The notes beneath the pieces were generated by a model. The model had not been told where the DNA came from and ran no database searches. It worked only from the letters and a program-made list of their open reading frames with translations. 64,000 nucleotides of DNA from Vicugna vicugna (taxonomy: Eukaryota): contig MU058793.1 in assembly GCA_013265495.1 (NCBI GenBank), positions 1-64,000 on the forward strand. The letters are read 5' to 3'. A program made the translations under genes and the position numbers. Positions 12,861 through 23,362 of the stretch are shown one piece after another; the first letter of the stretch is position 1; every line of letters starts with the position of its first letter.

Positions 12861-13722
12861 GTAACATGAATAGCCGCTTTCATTATGAGCCTCAAGAACA
12901 TTTTGCATTGATGGCTGGGCCAAGCATGGAGAACGGCTATTTTTGTTTGATTATTTTTTGTCTCGTTTTGCAGAGGGCAGATCTCCCACGTGCTGATGAT
13001 CTTGCGGCTGCCAAGAGATGGAGAGCAGACCGCCTGCACAGCGAAGATGGGGAACTCTGCAGACTGGCTTCCAGTTCCAGCCTTGGCAAGGAACCTCAGG
13101 AATACTCACCGACTCACATTTAAAGAGGTCGCTCTCCTTCCTGAATCAAAGGAAATGCTATATCCCTTGGCCACACAACCCAGATAATTGCAGCAGCTCC
13201 CAGCATGGTTCAGACATTCGGTCCAAGAAACAAATGTTCTTCTTCCCCTCCTCATGCCAAGCCCCAGGGCTAGTCCAGCCTGGCCGGGACTCTCCAGTTC
13301 AACCCATGACAAGTTGCTCAGCCCCAAGAGCCAGGCCTTGAGGCAGCCCAGGGCACCAGCCTGGGGCCGTCTGGAAAAGTCATTGTGCAGGAAATCCCAG
13401 ACACAAGGCGCCCTGTCACCATAGTGAGGGGGACACTCACCAGAAGGGACTGCATCGATTCCCTCCTGCAGTCTGAGCACCATCGGCATGCAGCTCGGCA
13501 CAGAAGGTTTTGTCATTTGGACTGTAATAAACCTCACTTCCTGAACCCCATGCCCCTCCAGGTTCTGTATCAACCACGCCACCCGGCCCTGCAGGTCCCC
13601 CTGCCCTTCAGAGCCCAGCGCACCTGCGGCCTCCATTCGGAGGCCTCAGGTGCCACTCACATGTGCTAATGAAAAGTGCCCTCTGGCCACCTTGGAGGAT
13701 GGGGGATGTGTTCCAGCTAAGG

Positions 13723-13898
13723 CAGTGGGTCTCAACCTCGGCTGCACTCAGAATCCCCTGGGAGCATTTACAATCCTGATGACCAGGCTGCAGACCAGAC
13801 CAATTAAACTAGAATTGCTGGGGGTGGGACCCAGGCATCAGTATTTTTTTTTAAGTTGGCCAAATGGTTCCAGTGTGCTAAAAGTTTAAGAACTAGGA
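13723..13898. mobile_element. MER5A-type hAT-Charlie MITE
   Basis: cagtgggtctcaacctcggctgcactcagaatcccctgggag...gggggtgggacccaggcatcagtattttt...gtttaagaact. Confidence 0.75.
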
Positions 13899-13914
13899 CT
13901 TAAGCCAGAGGGCA

Positions 13915-14025
13915 TCTTTCCTTTCCTTTCTTTTCTCACTCTCTTCCTCCCTCTTTCCCTCCCTCCTTTCCTTTCTTCCTTTTGTCTTCTTTCCTCCCTC
14001 CCTCCTCACCTCCTTCCTTCACCAT
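13915..14025. repeat. CT-rich polypyrimidine low-complexity tract
   Basis: Directly visible ctttcctttcttttctc...ccctcctcacctccttcc. Confidence 0.8.
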
Positions 14026-14029
14026 CTAC

Positions 14030-14280
14030 TGAAGCAGCATATTCTGTGGTTAAAGCTCAGGGTTTACAGTCAAACCATTCTTGCTTTGAACTCTAGCTTT
14101 TCTGCCACTAACTATGTGAGTCAAGATAAATCACTTCACCTCTCTGAAGTTCAGCTCTCATTCTACAAAATGGGGGAAAAATAAAGGGAATTACCCCAGA
14201 GAATCCTTGTGAGGATTAAATTTCACAGATAAATTGCTTAATATAGCACCTAACAATTAGTATGTGCTCAATAAATGTGC
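14030..14280 (+). mobile_element. MIR SINE, near full length
   Basis: gcagcatattctgtggttaaagctcagggt...tctgccactaactatgtgag...tcacttcacctctctgaag...tgtgaggattaaat...tgctcaataaatgt. Confidence 0.8.
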
Positions 14281-14459
14281 ACTACTTTCCTTCAAGTTAT
14301 TACTGTAATTTGCCAAGAGCTATCCTTGACACTGGGAACACAGAAGAAACAATACAGGCACGATGTTTGTTCTCACACAGCTAACTCTCTCCCCATTCTG
14401 TCCCTGGGTGGACAGTGGTCCCACACCACTGGCCAGGGCAGAGTGAACAAAGATTTCTC

Positions 14460-14690
14460 TTAATGGTAATAGTTATCTTATAATGAGCACCCTCAATGTG
14501 CCAGGCACAGTTCCATCACGTCACAAGCATATAGGGGCACCTGCTAGAGAAGGACAGTACTGAGCATGATTCCATCACAGGCTAGCCACCAGCCAAGAGG
14601 AGATGACGCTACTGATATTTACATTTTGCAGATGAGGACTCTGAGGCTCAGAGTGGTTAAATATTTCATTCAGGGTCAACAGGAGTGGAT
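14460..14690 (-). mobile_element. MIR fragment
   Basis: atgagcaccctcaatgtgccaggcacag and acattttgcagatgaggactctgaggctcagagtggttaaat. Confidence 0.55.
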
Positions 14691-14703
14691 GCAAAATCAA
14701 GGG

Positions 14704-14845
14704 TTTTTTTTTTTAATTAAAAAAAATGGGTGGAGGTAATTAGGTTTGCTTATTTATTTATTTTTAGAGGAGGTACTGGGGATTGAACCCAGGACCCTGT
14801 GTGTGCTAAGCCCATGCTCTACCACTGGAGCTACACCCTCCCCCC
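14704..14845 (-). mobile_element. camelid tRNA-derived SINE (Vic-1-like)
   Basis: Minus strand reads gggggagggtgtagctccagtggtagagcatgggcttagcacacacagggtcctgggttcaatccccagtacctcctctaaaaataaataaataagcaaacctaattacctcc then an A-rich tail; Pol III A-box (tagctccagtgg) and B-box (ggttcaatccc); degenerate TSD atcaag / accaag. Confidence 0.9.
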
Positions 14846-15439
14846 ACCAAGTTTTTAAGCTCCACATTGCTCTGCTTCTTGAATGGACGTGCCGAAGAGG
14901 GGATTCTGAAGTCTGATCAGAACAAAGAGAACAAAGTAGCTCCTCGAACCTGGAGGACTTTAGGGGAACTGGGGTGAGGGCAGGGTGCTGGGGGACCAAG
15001 AGCAGAGGAGAATAAGCAGGACAAATGGGGGTGAAGAGGGAAAGGCCGGATGAATTTGGAGTAGAGGAACAGGTGGAAGCCACCCAGTAACGAGTGGCCA
15101 GTGAGTCCGTTTAAGGAGCCCAGGGCAGACTGAAGTTCCCCATTCATAGAAATCCCAGCTGAGTCCAACGATCTTGATGTGCCTCAGTTTAGCGTACCTG
15201 CACCCTGAAGTTATATCACCAGTACAGGCTGCTGAAAATTAAATAGCAAAGTACAAGTGGTAAGCAGACACCTTTGAGCATGCTTTAGATGGCTTATGTC
15301 TGTCAAAGAGGATTTAATGTTACAACAGGGCTCTACTACCTAAAGTCTGAACAGCAATCTAATTTAGGGGAGAAAAGTCATTAGGAAGCATTACTAAGGC
15401 TCCAGCTCAGGAAAGCTGGATAACCTAAGTATCAGCACA

Positions 15440-15640
15440 CAGACTCTAAGTTTAACTTAAATTCTGGCTTAAATCAAGGCTCTGCTACCTGCGATGGTGC
15501 AACTTCTCTGGGCCTCAGCTTCCTCATCTGCGAAATGGAGCTAATAATGTAGCTCCCTTGGTGGGTTGCTGTGAGGATGAAATGCTGCCATGCCTGTTGA
15601 ACACTTACAATGGTACTTCAGATACACTGGAAACATGAGA
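15440..15640 (+). mobile_element. MIR SINE
   Basis: cttctctgggcctcagcttcctcatctgcgaaatggagctaataatg...gttgctgtgaggatgaaatg. Confidence 0.7.
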
Positions 15641-16084
15641 ACCAGCTGCTGTGGGTGAAGGATGCTAGCCTGTACTCAGGGACTGCTCTCCCTCAGCCCA
15701 GGCCTGACTGTTTGTAGATTTCCCACTGGAGCCAAGTTCACTTTTGCTCTTTTGCCAGAGCTAGTTACATGCTATTTGTTCTCTGGGGTGTTTGTTTTCC
15801 AATATTTTTACTAAGTAGGACAGCTATATCAATGAGGTCTGCTGCTTTATTGGTTGCTAATTGCAGGGGCATAATTGTTGTAACGTTATTTGGTGTTCCT
15901 ATAATTCTCTGCAGCCAATCAAGGTGGCCAATTCTCTAATTACAGCACAGTGAATTCTCAGTCACCAGCATCCAAACACTTAGAGTGCTCAGTTTACAAG
16001 AACACTTCTCAGCACTTTTACAAGAAAAGGCTTAACTGACAAAGGCAAAAAAGTCATGTCAGGAACTAATTTTTAAAGTAATTT

Positions 16085-16155
16085 GTAAATATATATAAAT
16101 TTATAAAATAATAAATATTTTATAATTATATATATATATATATTATAATTATAAC
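16085..16155. repeat. AT-rich low-complexity/(TA)n tract
   Basis: Directly visible; almost exclusively A/T. Confidence 0.9.
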
Positions 16156-16509
16156 TATGTGTCTGTTTTTTGAAAACAGTTTCTCAGCTCTGTCCCCAGA
16201 CCTTTGCACATTCAACTCAATCTCTAGCTGGACAAGAGTCAGGGTTTGTAATTTTGAAACCCAGACAGATCTCAACAGGCCTTTACAAATATAAGATGTT
16301 AGTCGTGCTCAGCCTCGTTTTAGCACTGCAAGCATTTTACAATATTGGAACGTCTTCTGGAACTTGTAACCCATTGTGTCCTTTTACAAGACAGGGAATC
16401 AAAATATTCAATCCACTAAAATCACTGAAGATTATGATAGCCTTGGAAGCACTGTGTGTACTGAAACAGAAAGTTAAGTTATTATCAGTAGTATACCCAT
16501 GATTTTAAT

Positions 16510-17070
16510 CAGATGACATCACTTCTTTACTTCTGCTTTCCTTAGAGTAAAATCCACACCTTCACTGTAGCCTCTAAGGCCCAACATGTTCCAGCCCTAC
16601 CGACCTCCAGCTTCCTCTCCTCCCACCTGCCCCGACCCCTTCACAAGCTACCATCCCCGGGCCTCCTTTCGGCTCCTCAAACACACAAATCGTGGTTCCC
16701 TGCTCAGGCCTTTGGCCTTGCTGTCCTCACTGCCTGCTGCTCCTCCTCAGCCCTTCCCACAGCTGGTTCCCCCTTAACTGTAGGTCTCCCCTCCCGCCTG
16801 GTCTCCATAGTGAACACTTCCTCAGCACCCAGAGGCCATTCTCAAACTAAGTGTCAAATTATTTTGCTTTTACCTTGAATAGCCACAATCACAACCTAGT
16901 TTACTCTTGTGAATTAATTTAACTGATGCCCTTTGTCTATCTAGAATGTAAGTTCCATGAAGACAAAGTCTTGCTCACCATGGTATCCCCAAAACTGGTA
17001 ACAAAGATGGTCCATAATTGGTACCCAAAGAACAGCTGTTGAACAGAGTACATGAATGAATGCATGAATA
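16510..17070 (+). mobile_element. L2 LINE 3' portion
   Basis: ccttagagtaaaatccacacc...ctagaatgtaagttccatgaagacaaag...ctcaccatggtatcccc...atgaatgaatgcatgaat. Confidence 0.7.
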
Positions 17071-18463
17071 CCATTTTCTGCTCCTTTATTTCAATCTTTT
17101 TCAATCCACTTTTGCTTTATCCAATATATGTAATTATATCTATCTTCACCTGCCCTATTTTGTATCACCACAGTGTTTTCTACTATTATCACTGCCACTG
17201 GTGCTCACTCAATTGCACTATTGACCATCCATGGAAGTGTGGAGCACTGCACCAAATGCTCTGGAGGAAAATGAAGAAAATGAAGATTGAAAGTCACCAC
17301 CTTTGCTGTCAGGGATCCCTCAGTCTAACTGGTGACAAGAATAAGCAGATTTGGGGTTGAGGTCCTCTACTGAGTTTCTGACGGGGAGTGAGTCCTCAAA
17401 AGTGAGAGACGAGCTCAATAAGAAAGGCTGAAAAAAAGTCAAAAGCAAACTTAACTTATGTAAAACTTCATTAAGGGCTAGACTTGTACTAGAATGGAGA
17501 GAAAAGATTCCCTCCTGCCTCGCTGCCAGAATGGAAACGTCATGCTTGTGCACCCGATGTTACCTTTGGCTACATCACACACTAAACTGGTTTTGAGGAC
17601 CCTCCATGAACACCTATCCACTATTTTTCACATGATCCTTATGGAGCCCCCCAAAATGCATTCTGCATTCCCAAGAATCAAACAAGGTATTAGATTTTGG
17701 AATAACTTACTTGAAAGCTCAGGGTACTCAGCAATTGTGCCAACGAATGGCAGAGAACGAGCCCAAGTCCAAAGGCAACATAGAGCAGCAATAGTGAAGT
17801 TTACCGAGAGAAAAATAAATTATACTTATTTCATGGATGTGGACCTCGGCAAACCCTTTGTTGTGGTGCTGAATACACCCCAAGGTACATCCTATTTTCA
17901 TGCTGGAAAGGCTGGCATTTTCTAAATGGTCCCCCTTTACTTACTCCCATGAGCCTGCCCCAATCACGTATCTGGGACTCATGGGCTGCTCTGGAGTTTG
18001 AGGAAAGCTTCAGGTAGAGATTTTGTCAAAGATAAATGGCCCAGCCCAGCAAGCAGCACTGAGCTGGAAGGAAACCCGGGATGCAGCGCCATGAATCAGC
18101 GGGTTCCCTCAGGAGGAGAGGTGGTCTGCTTATTACACAACCTTGTCATCGATCGAAACCCTACGGACATCAGGCCTCACCCTGCAGGCGGCCAAAGCAG
18201 CAGTTTCCAATTTATCTGCAGCAAGTTGAGTCCTGGAAACTCCAAAGTACATGCACTCAAAGTACAAGGGTCACGAGCCACCCCTCCTCACAGCACCTTG
18301 GGTGGGAGATGGAAGGCACCTGAGTGTGATTTCCAACCCGGACAAGAGAGAAGTGGGTACCCTAAGGGGCATTTCTCCTTACCACTGAATACCTATGGCC
18401 CAGCCAGGCCCCAGTAATGTTTATCCAACGATGAATAAATAAATTTTAAAAAGCAAACAAATG

Positions 18464-18800
18464 GAGAAGGGTTTCAAGAATAGAAGGATGCAGAGCTCAC
18501 CTTCTCCCACAAATACATCAAAATACGTCTAAGTGTGGAACAGTTGTCACAGAATACCTGCTGGACTCTGGCAGAAGATCTTGTACAAGTGGAACTGTAA
18601 GGAAAATCATCACGAATCTGGATAAACAATAAGGTCCTCCTGTACAGCATAGGGAGCTATACACAATACCTTGTGATAGCCTATAATGAAAAAGAGTATG
18701 AAAAGAAATGTATATATGTATAACTGAATCACTATGCTGTACACTAGAAATCAATACACCATTGTAAATCAACGATACCTCAATAAAAAAATAAAAATTT
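18464..18800 (+). mobile_element. TSD-flanked L1 derivative: L1 5' UTR start fused to cetartiodactyl-type L1 3' UTR
   Basis: Identical 19-bp flanks tttaaaaagcaaacaaatg at 18445-18463 and 18798-18816; 5' part gagctcaccttctcccacaaatacatcaaaatacgtctaagtgtggaacag; 3' part ataaacaataaggtcctcctgtacagcataggg...ttgtaaatcaacgatacctcaataaaaaa. Confidence 0.85.
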
Positions 18801-20284
18801 AAAAAGCAAACAAATGAAATATGTAGGGATTTAAATAATTTTAGAGCCTATATAATGATATGAGTAAATAGCTTACTCTGTACTACTTAGGAAAATATGT
18901 AACACCGTAATGTATACTCAGTATGATACCAATTTTATTATATCTTATACATAACTTTGATAGTACATATACCAACTTGTCAATAAAAGTTACCTTTTGT
19001 TTTGTCATCCTGGGCAATTTTTCCTTGCTTGTTACGTATGTTTTTATCTTTTAATTTTTCTGTGTTATGCGCTTATTATTTTTAATAACAAGTGAAAAAT
19101 AAAACCCAGCACTGTGCCCCCAAGGTGCCTGGTTGCCTGATTATAAAGAGTCCTCAATCTGTCAATATAATGCCCTTGACATGCAATATTCCCAAGTGTG
19201 AGGGCCACTCAAAGAGGAGAAGCCAGCACCCACATGCCAGCACACTGTCACCACTACTCATTTGGGATTCTTCTTTTCTAACAGGAGCAAAAGCTGACAC
19301 CATCAGGTCTGTAGTTTAGTTCATGGCATCCTGTCTCCTGCCTCCTATAATAAAGTAAAATTCTCAGTCACTCTAGGTACCACCATGTTCCATTTCACAA
19401 AACCTACACCACTTCTCCACCTTTGCACAGGGCATCCCTGACAGCCGTCCAATTTGGAACCCAGATGTTGGCTTTTTCTCACTAGACTTTTCCCTGAAGG
19501 ACTTGTGGTCTACACACTGGGCCAGATAATAAGATTCCAAGCTGCAAGTATTGATCCTTGCTTTGGCTGGGGCGATGCCTGGTGTGGCCAGCTCAGCTCA
19601 GGGAGGTTTTCATTGCTGCCTGTGAATAAAGACATCACAGCATTGTGAAGAACCCCTCTTTAGTGCCTAAGGTAGGCTTAGCGTGCAGTTTAGGTATCCA
19701 AGTATGGTGATGCATGCATATGAATGCAGTGGTATGAATGACCGTAGCCAACGTTGACCATGCATACACCAAAAGGGTCTTCACCCAGGAGACGTGAAAG
19801 TCCCATGAGAAAAATAATCTCTCTGATGATTGTACTATTACACTTCTTCCCATTAAGATAAGCATCACTTCCCTCTTTTAAAATACAGTTATAATTACAA
19901 TGCCAATGAGTATGGAAGAATTAAGCTGGAAAATCGCAGCAAGGCAGCCAACCATGAACCGTAACCATAACATCTGAGCTGGAGCATGTGACGGTGAAAA
20001 AGAGAAAACAACCATAGAAGAACTTCCGAGTAATTGGAGAGAAGCCTTCGGGCCCCATTCAGCTTGAAAGAGATCTTTTCCTGTGCCTAAAATCAGTGAG
20101 AGTTATAAAAATCCCACCTCTTACACTAGTGCAGGGCAGAGCATGCTCTATCTTTTCTCTAAAAGATGTTCCTAGATTCCATGCAGATTGGTAGAGAGCC
20201 AGAACTCCAGTATTTCTAGACTTTCAAGGGTTCACGAAACAGCAAATAAGCCACCGAAAGGGAAGTGAGGGAGCACCTAGGCCA

Positions 20285-20375
20285 GTGGGTCTGAAGCCTG
20301 AATGTGAATTGGAATCACCTGGAGGCTCATTAACACCGATTCCAGGACCCAACTTCCAGAGTTTCTGATTCAGGA
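20285..20375. mobile_element. MER5-like hAT fragment
   Basis: ggaatcacctggaggctcattaa...ccagagtttctgattcagg. Confidence 0.5.
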
Positions 20376-20605
20376 GGAGGAGTGAGCCTCACCTCGGTTC
20401 TGCTTGGCCTTCTAAGGTGGGGCAAAGAGAGGCAGAAAAAGACACTTCTTAAGCAGGAAGGAACACCAGGCCCATTTCACCCCACCAGCCATGGAAGAGC
20501 AGTTTCTCCCAGAGCAGAGCAAGCAATCCTAGCAAGGTCATGCCATGAGGAAGAAGAGCCAGTTACCCCGTCTTCTTCTCCCAAGATGGCACCATGCCAC
20601 AGCAT

Positions 20606-20979
20606 TGCACTAGTCAGCAAAGGCTAGGTTAGGCAACCATGATACCAAAATATCAGTGGCTTAACACAACAAAGTTTATTTTTCACTCGAGGTAAGTCTG
20701 TTGCTGGTTGAGTTATGCTCTTGGATTGGGTTATCTTCCATGTAATTGTTCAGCATTCCAGGTGGCTTTGGTCTCATGGCATCTCCATATAGACCTTAAC
20801 CTCCACGATCTGTGACAGGAGAGGAGGAACCTGGGAAAGGCTTCTACTCTCATGTCACTGACCAAAGCAAGTCACATGGCCATGGCTAACTTCAAGAGAG
20901 AGGAGAGGTATAATCTTCCATGTGCCCAAACATGGAGGGGAACAAGATTCACTGGTTAACACTTACAATGTCTAACATA
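20606..20979 (-). mobile_element. old MLT1 (J/K-like) MaLR LTR
   Basis: tagtcagcaaaggctaggtta...tcagtggcttaacacaacaaagtttattttt...cattgaccaaagcaagtcacatggcc-like segment. Confidence 0.7.
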
Positions 20980-21229
20980 GTGACTCAATTGTATACTTCC
21001 TCTTGATCACATTTCACAATTTCTCATATCACCTAGGGAGTAAAGATGGGGCTAGAAGCCTCAAGTACTCATGATATCAGGGCGTAGGCCCACCGCAATG
21101 ACAGAGTGGTTGAAAAGAAGGGATAAAAGATACAAAGGATGTTGTATTTTATGTTTCAATCATTCAAAAGATAGAAACAATATGGTGATAGTTGCTAATA
21201 TTTAATGATTAAAAACATATTAGATAATC

Positions 21230-21490
21230 TGTTTATGTAGTAACATTTTACAGAACCACACAGACACACACACACACACAGAATGAGTGCATGTAAAAAC
21301 TGGTGATACACAATAAAGCCAGTATGCTAGTTATCAGTATTGTACCAATATCACTTTTTAATAATGTATTACAGTTATGTAAGAGGTTAACATTCACTAG
21401 CTCAGTGAATGGCACATGGGGGTTTTCTGCACTGTTTTTGCAACCTTTTGCAGGTCTATTATCACTTCGGAATAAAAAAGTTAAATAAAA
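21230..21490 (+). mobile_element. old L1M 3' end containing a short (CA)n
   Basis: cacacacagaatgagtgcatgtaaaaactggtga...cagttatgtaagaggttaacatt...ctgtttttgcaacctttt...aataaaaaagttaaa. Confidence 0.65.
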
Positions 21491-22818
21491 CAGCAGAAGA
21501 TTTTTCCATCCAGATCCTTTGCCTCACATCTTCCCTACAAATGTCCCACACATGAACTGTAAGAGAAGTTGTCTGAGTAAAGTGACCTTTTACTGGAAAA
21601 GCAGGAAATCTGATTAATGTGCCTGGGAGATGGCACAGACATTCACCTGCCTGTCTGCACCTTCGGTCTCTGCAGGAACATAGATGAAATCTCTTCTTTG
21701 AAAGTTAAAATAAAAGCCAGTCAATCCACACATGCACCACCCCCACCTCNNNNNNNNNNNNNNNNNNNNNNNNNNNNNNNNNNNNNNNNNNNNNNNNNNN
21801 NNNNNNNNNNNNNNNNNNNNNNNNNNNNNNNNNNNNNNNNNNNNNNNNNNNNNNNNNNNNNNNNNNNNNNNNNNNNNNNNNNNNNNNNNAATAAAACAAA
21901 GGGCATCAGGATAATCCGTCAAACAGAAGCAGCTGGGAGAATCATCTCATACCAGGGGCTGTATTCATCTGCCCAGAACATTNNNNNNNNNNNNNNNNNN
22001 NNNNNNNNNNNNNNNNNNNNNNNNNNNNNNNNNNNNNNNNNNNNNNNNNNNNNNNNNNNNNNNNNNNNNNNNNNNNNNNNNNNNNNNNNNNNNNNNNNNN
22101 NNNNNNNNNNNNNNNNNNNNNNNNNNNNNNNNNNNNNNCATGTTTCCTGTTCTCCGAAGTAAATATTTCACTGAAAATGCTCCCCAAGCAGTTGTTATCT
22201 CAATATTTTCACAGTAGAATATTCTGTGTTCTACACATATAAATACTGTGAATAACCAGACATTTTCCCAAAGAGGCCCCTGATTTCCCTTCACTTTGCA
22301 AAATGACTCTCACCATAATGCTAGCCCTGAGAGCAGACCCCATGCTTGGCAGGGTGTGTGCTCCAAAATCCAAGTCACCAGCTCCCAGGAATTTCTCAGA
22401 GCCTGAAATGAGATGGGTCCTTACAGAATGTGTAAGGATGTTCATTCAAGGGTACCATAGGCTAGTGGAAGGGACTCAGATGTTGAGGTCACACAGACCC
22501 ATACTTGAAGGCTGTTTCTTCTGCTTGTATGACTTTAGGCAAGTTCTTTACTGCCCCATCTGTACAATGGGAGACCCCAATAGTACCTGCTACTTCTGTG
22601 TATGGAGTGGCTGGCCTTCCAACAATATTTAATCCTCTCACTTTACTACAGCACGGTCCTTCAGGGGCAGGCCAGCCAGGTGGCAGCCCAGGGTATCCAC
22701 TGTGGCTGTAAGTTTCCCCGCCGAGAATGCCCCACCTTCATAAAGACCCTGTGCCAACTCTTGAAAGGATTTACTATTCAGTGTCCCACCAGGCTCTAGC
22801 TATGGAGTTACTCTACAG

Positions 22819-23032
22819 AAGCGGTTCTCAAACTCAAGTGCGCGTCAGAATTACCTGCCGGGGGGTGGGGGGGGAATCAGAGGGGAGGATCTTTAAGCTA
22901 TAGATTTCTGGGCCCCACCCCTAGAGTTTCTGATTCAGCAGATCTGGGTATTACCGGAGAATCTGCATTTCTAGCAAGATCCCAGGTGATACTAACGCTG
23001 CTGCCCCGGGGACCACACTTTGAGAACCCCTG
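22819..23032. mobile_element. MER5A hAT-Charlie MITE
   Basis: Ends aagcggttctcaaa / tttgagaacccctg; internal gggccccacccctagagtttctgattcagcagatctggg; 7/8 TSD ctctacag / ctctagag. Confidence 0.85.
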
Positions 23033-23040
23033 CTCTAGAG

Positions 23041-23362
23041 CAGGGATGTTCGAATTTTTTCTGAAATAGGTTAGGCTTTGCAAGCCATACGGTTTCTGTT
23101 GCAACTGCTCAACTTTATTGTTGTCAAACAAAGAAGCTATAGATCTTACATTCTACATTCCAATGAAACTTTATTTATGGACACTGAAGTCTGAATTTCA
23201 TACAATTTTCGCATGTCACAAAATAGTATGCTTTTTTGGTTTTTGTTTTTGTTTTTTTCCCCAATTGCTTAAAGATGCAAAAACTGTTCTTAGCTCTCGG
23301 GCCATAGGAGAACAGGTGGTTAGTTGGCTTTTGGCACTCAGCCTATAGTTTGCCAACCCATT
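23041..23362 (-). mobile_element. MER58B hAT-Charlie element
   Basis: aaactttatttatggacactgaagtctgaatttcatacaattttcgcatgtcac is the reverse complement of the MER58B internal motif; homologous to 49128-49370. Confidence 0.8.

Noticed and set aside
13106-13636. 176-aa minus ORF
   Set aside because: GC-rich region with open frames on both strands; no recognisable family.
14760-14845. tRNA-like sequence with A and B boxes
   Set aside because: It is the head of a SINE with its characteristic tail, not a tRNA gene.
17494-17925. 143-aa plus ORF and overlapping minus-strand exon candidate ending at 17711
   Set aside because: No recognisable protein; the minus candidate lacks an AG at its pyrimidine tract (ttttctctcg).
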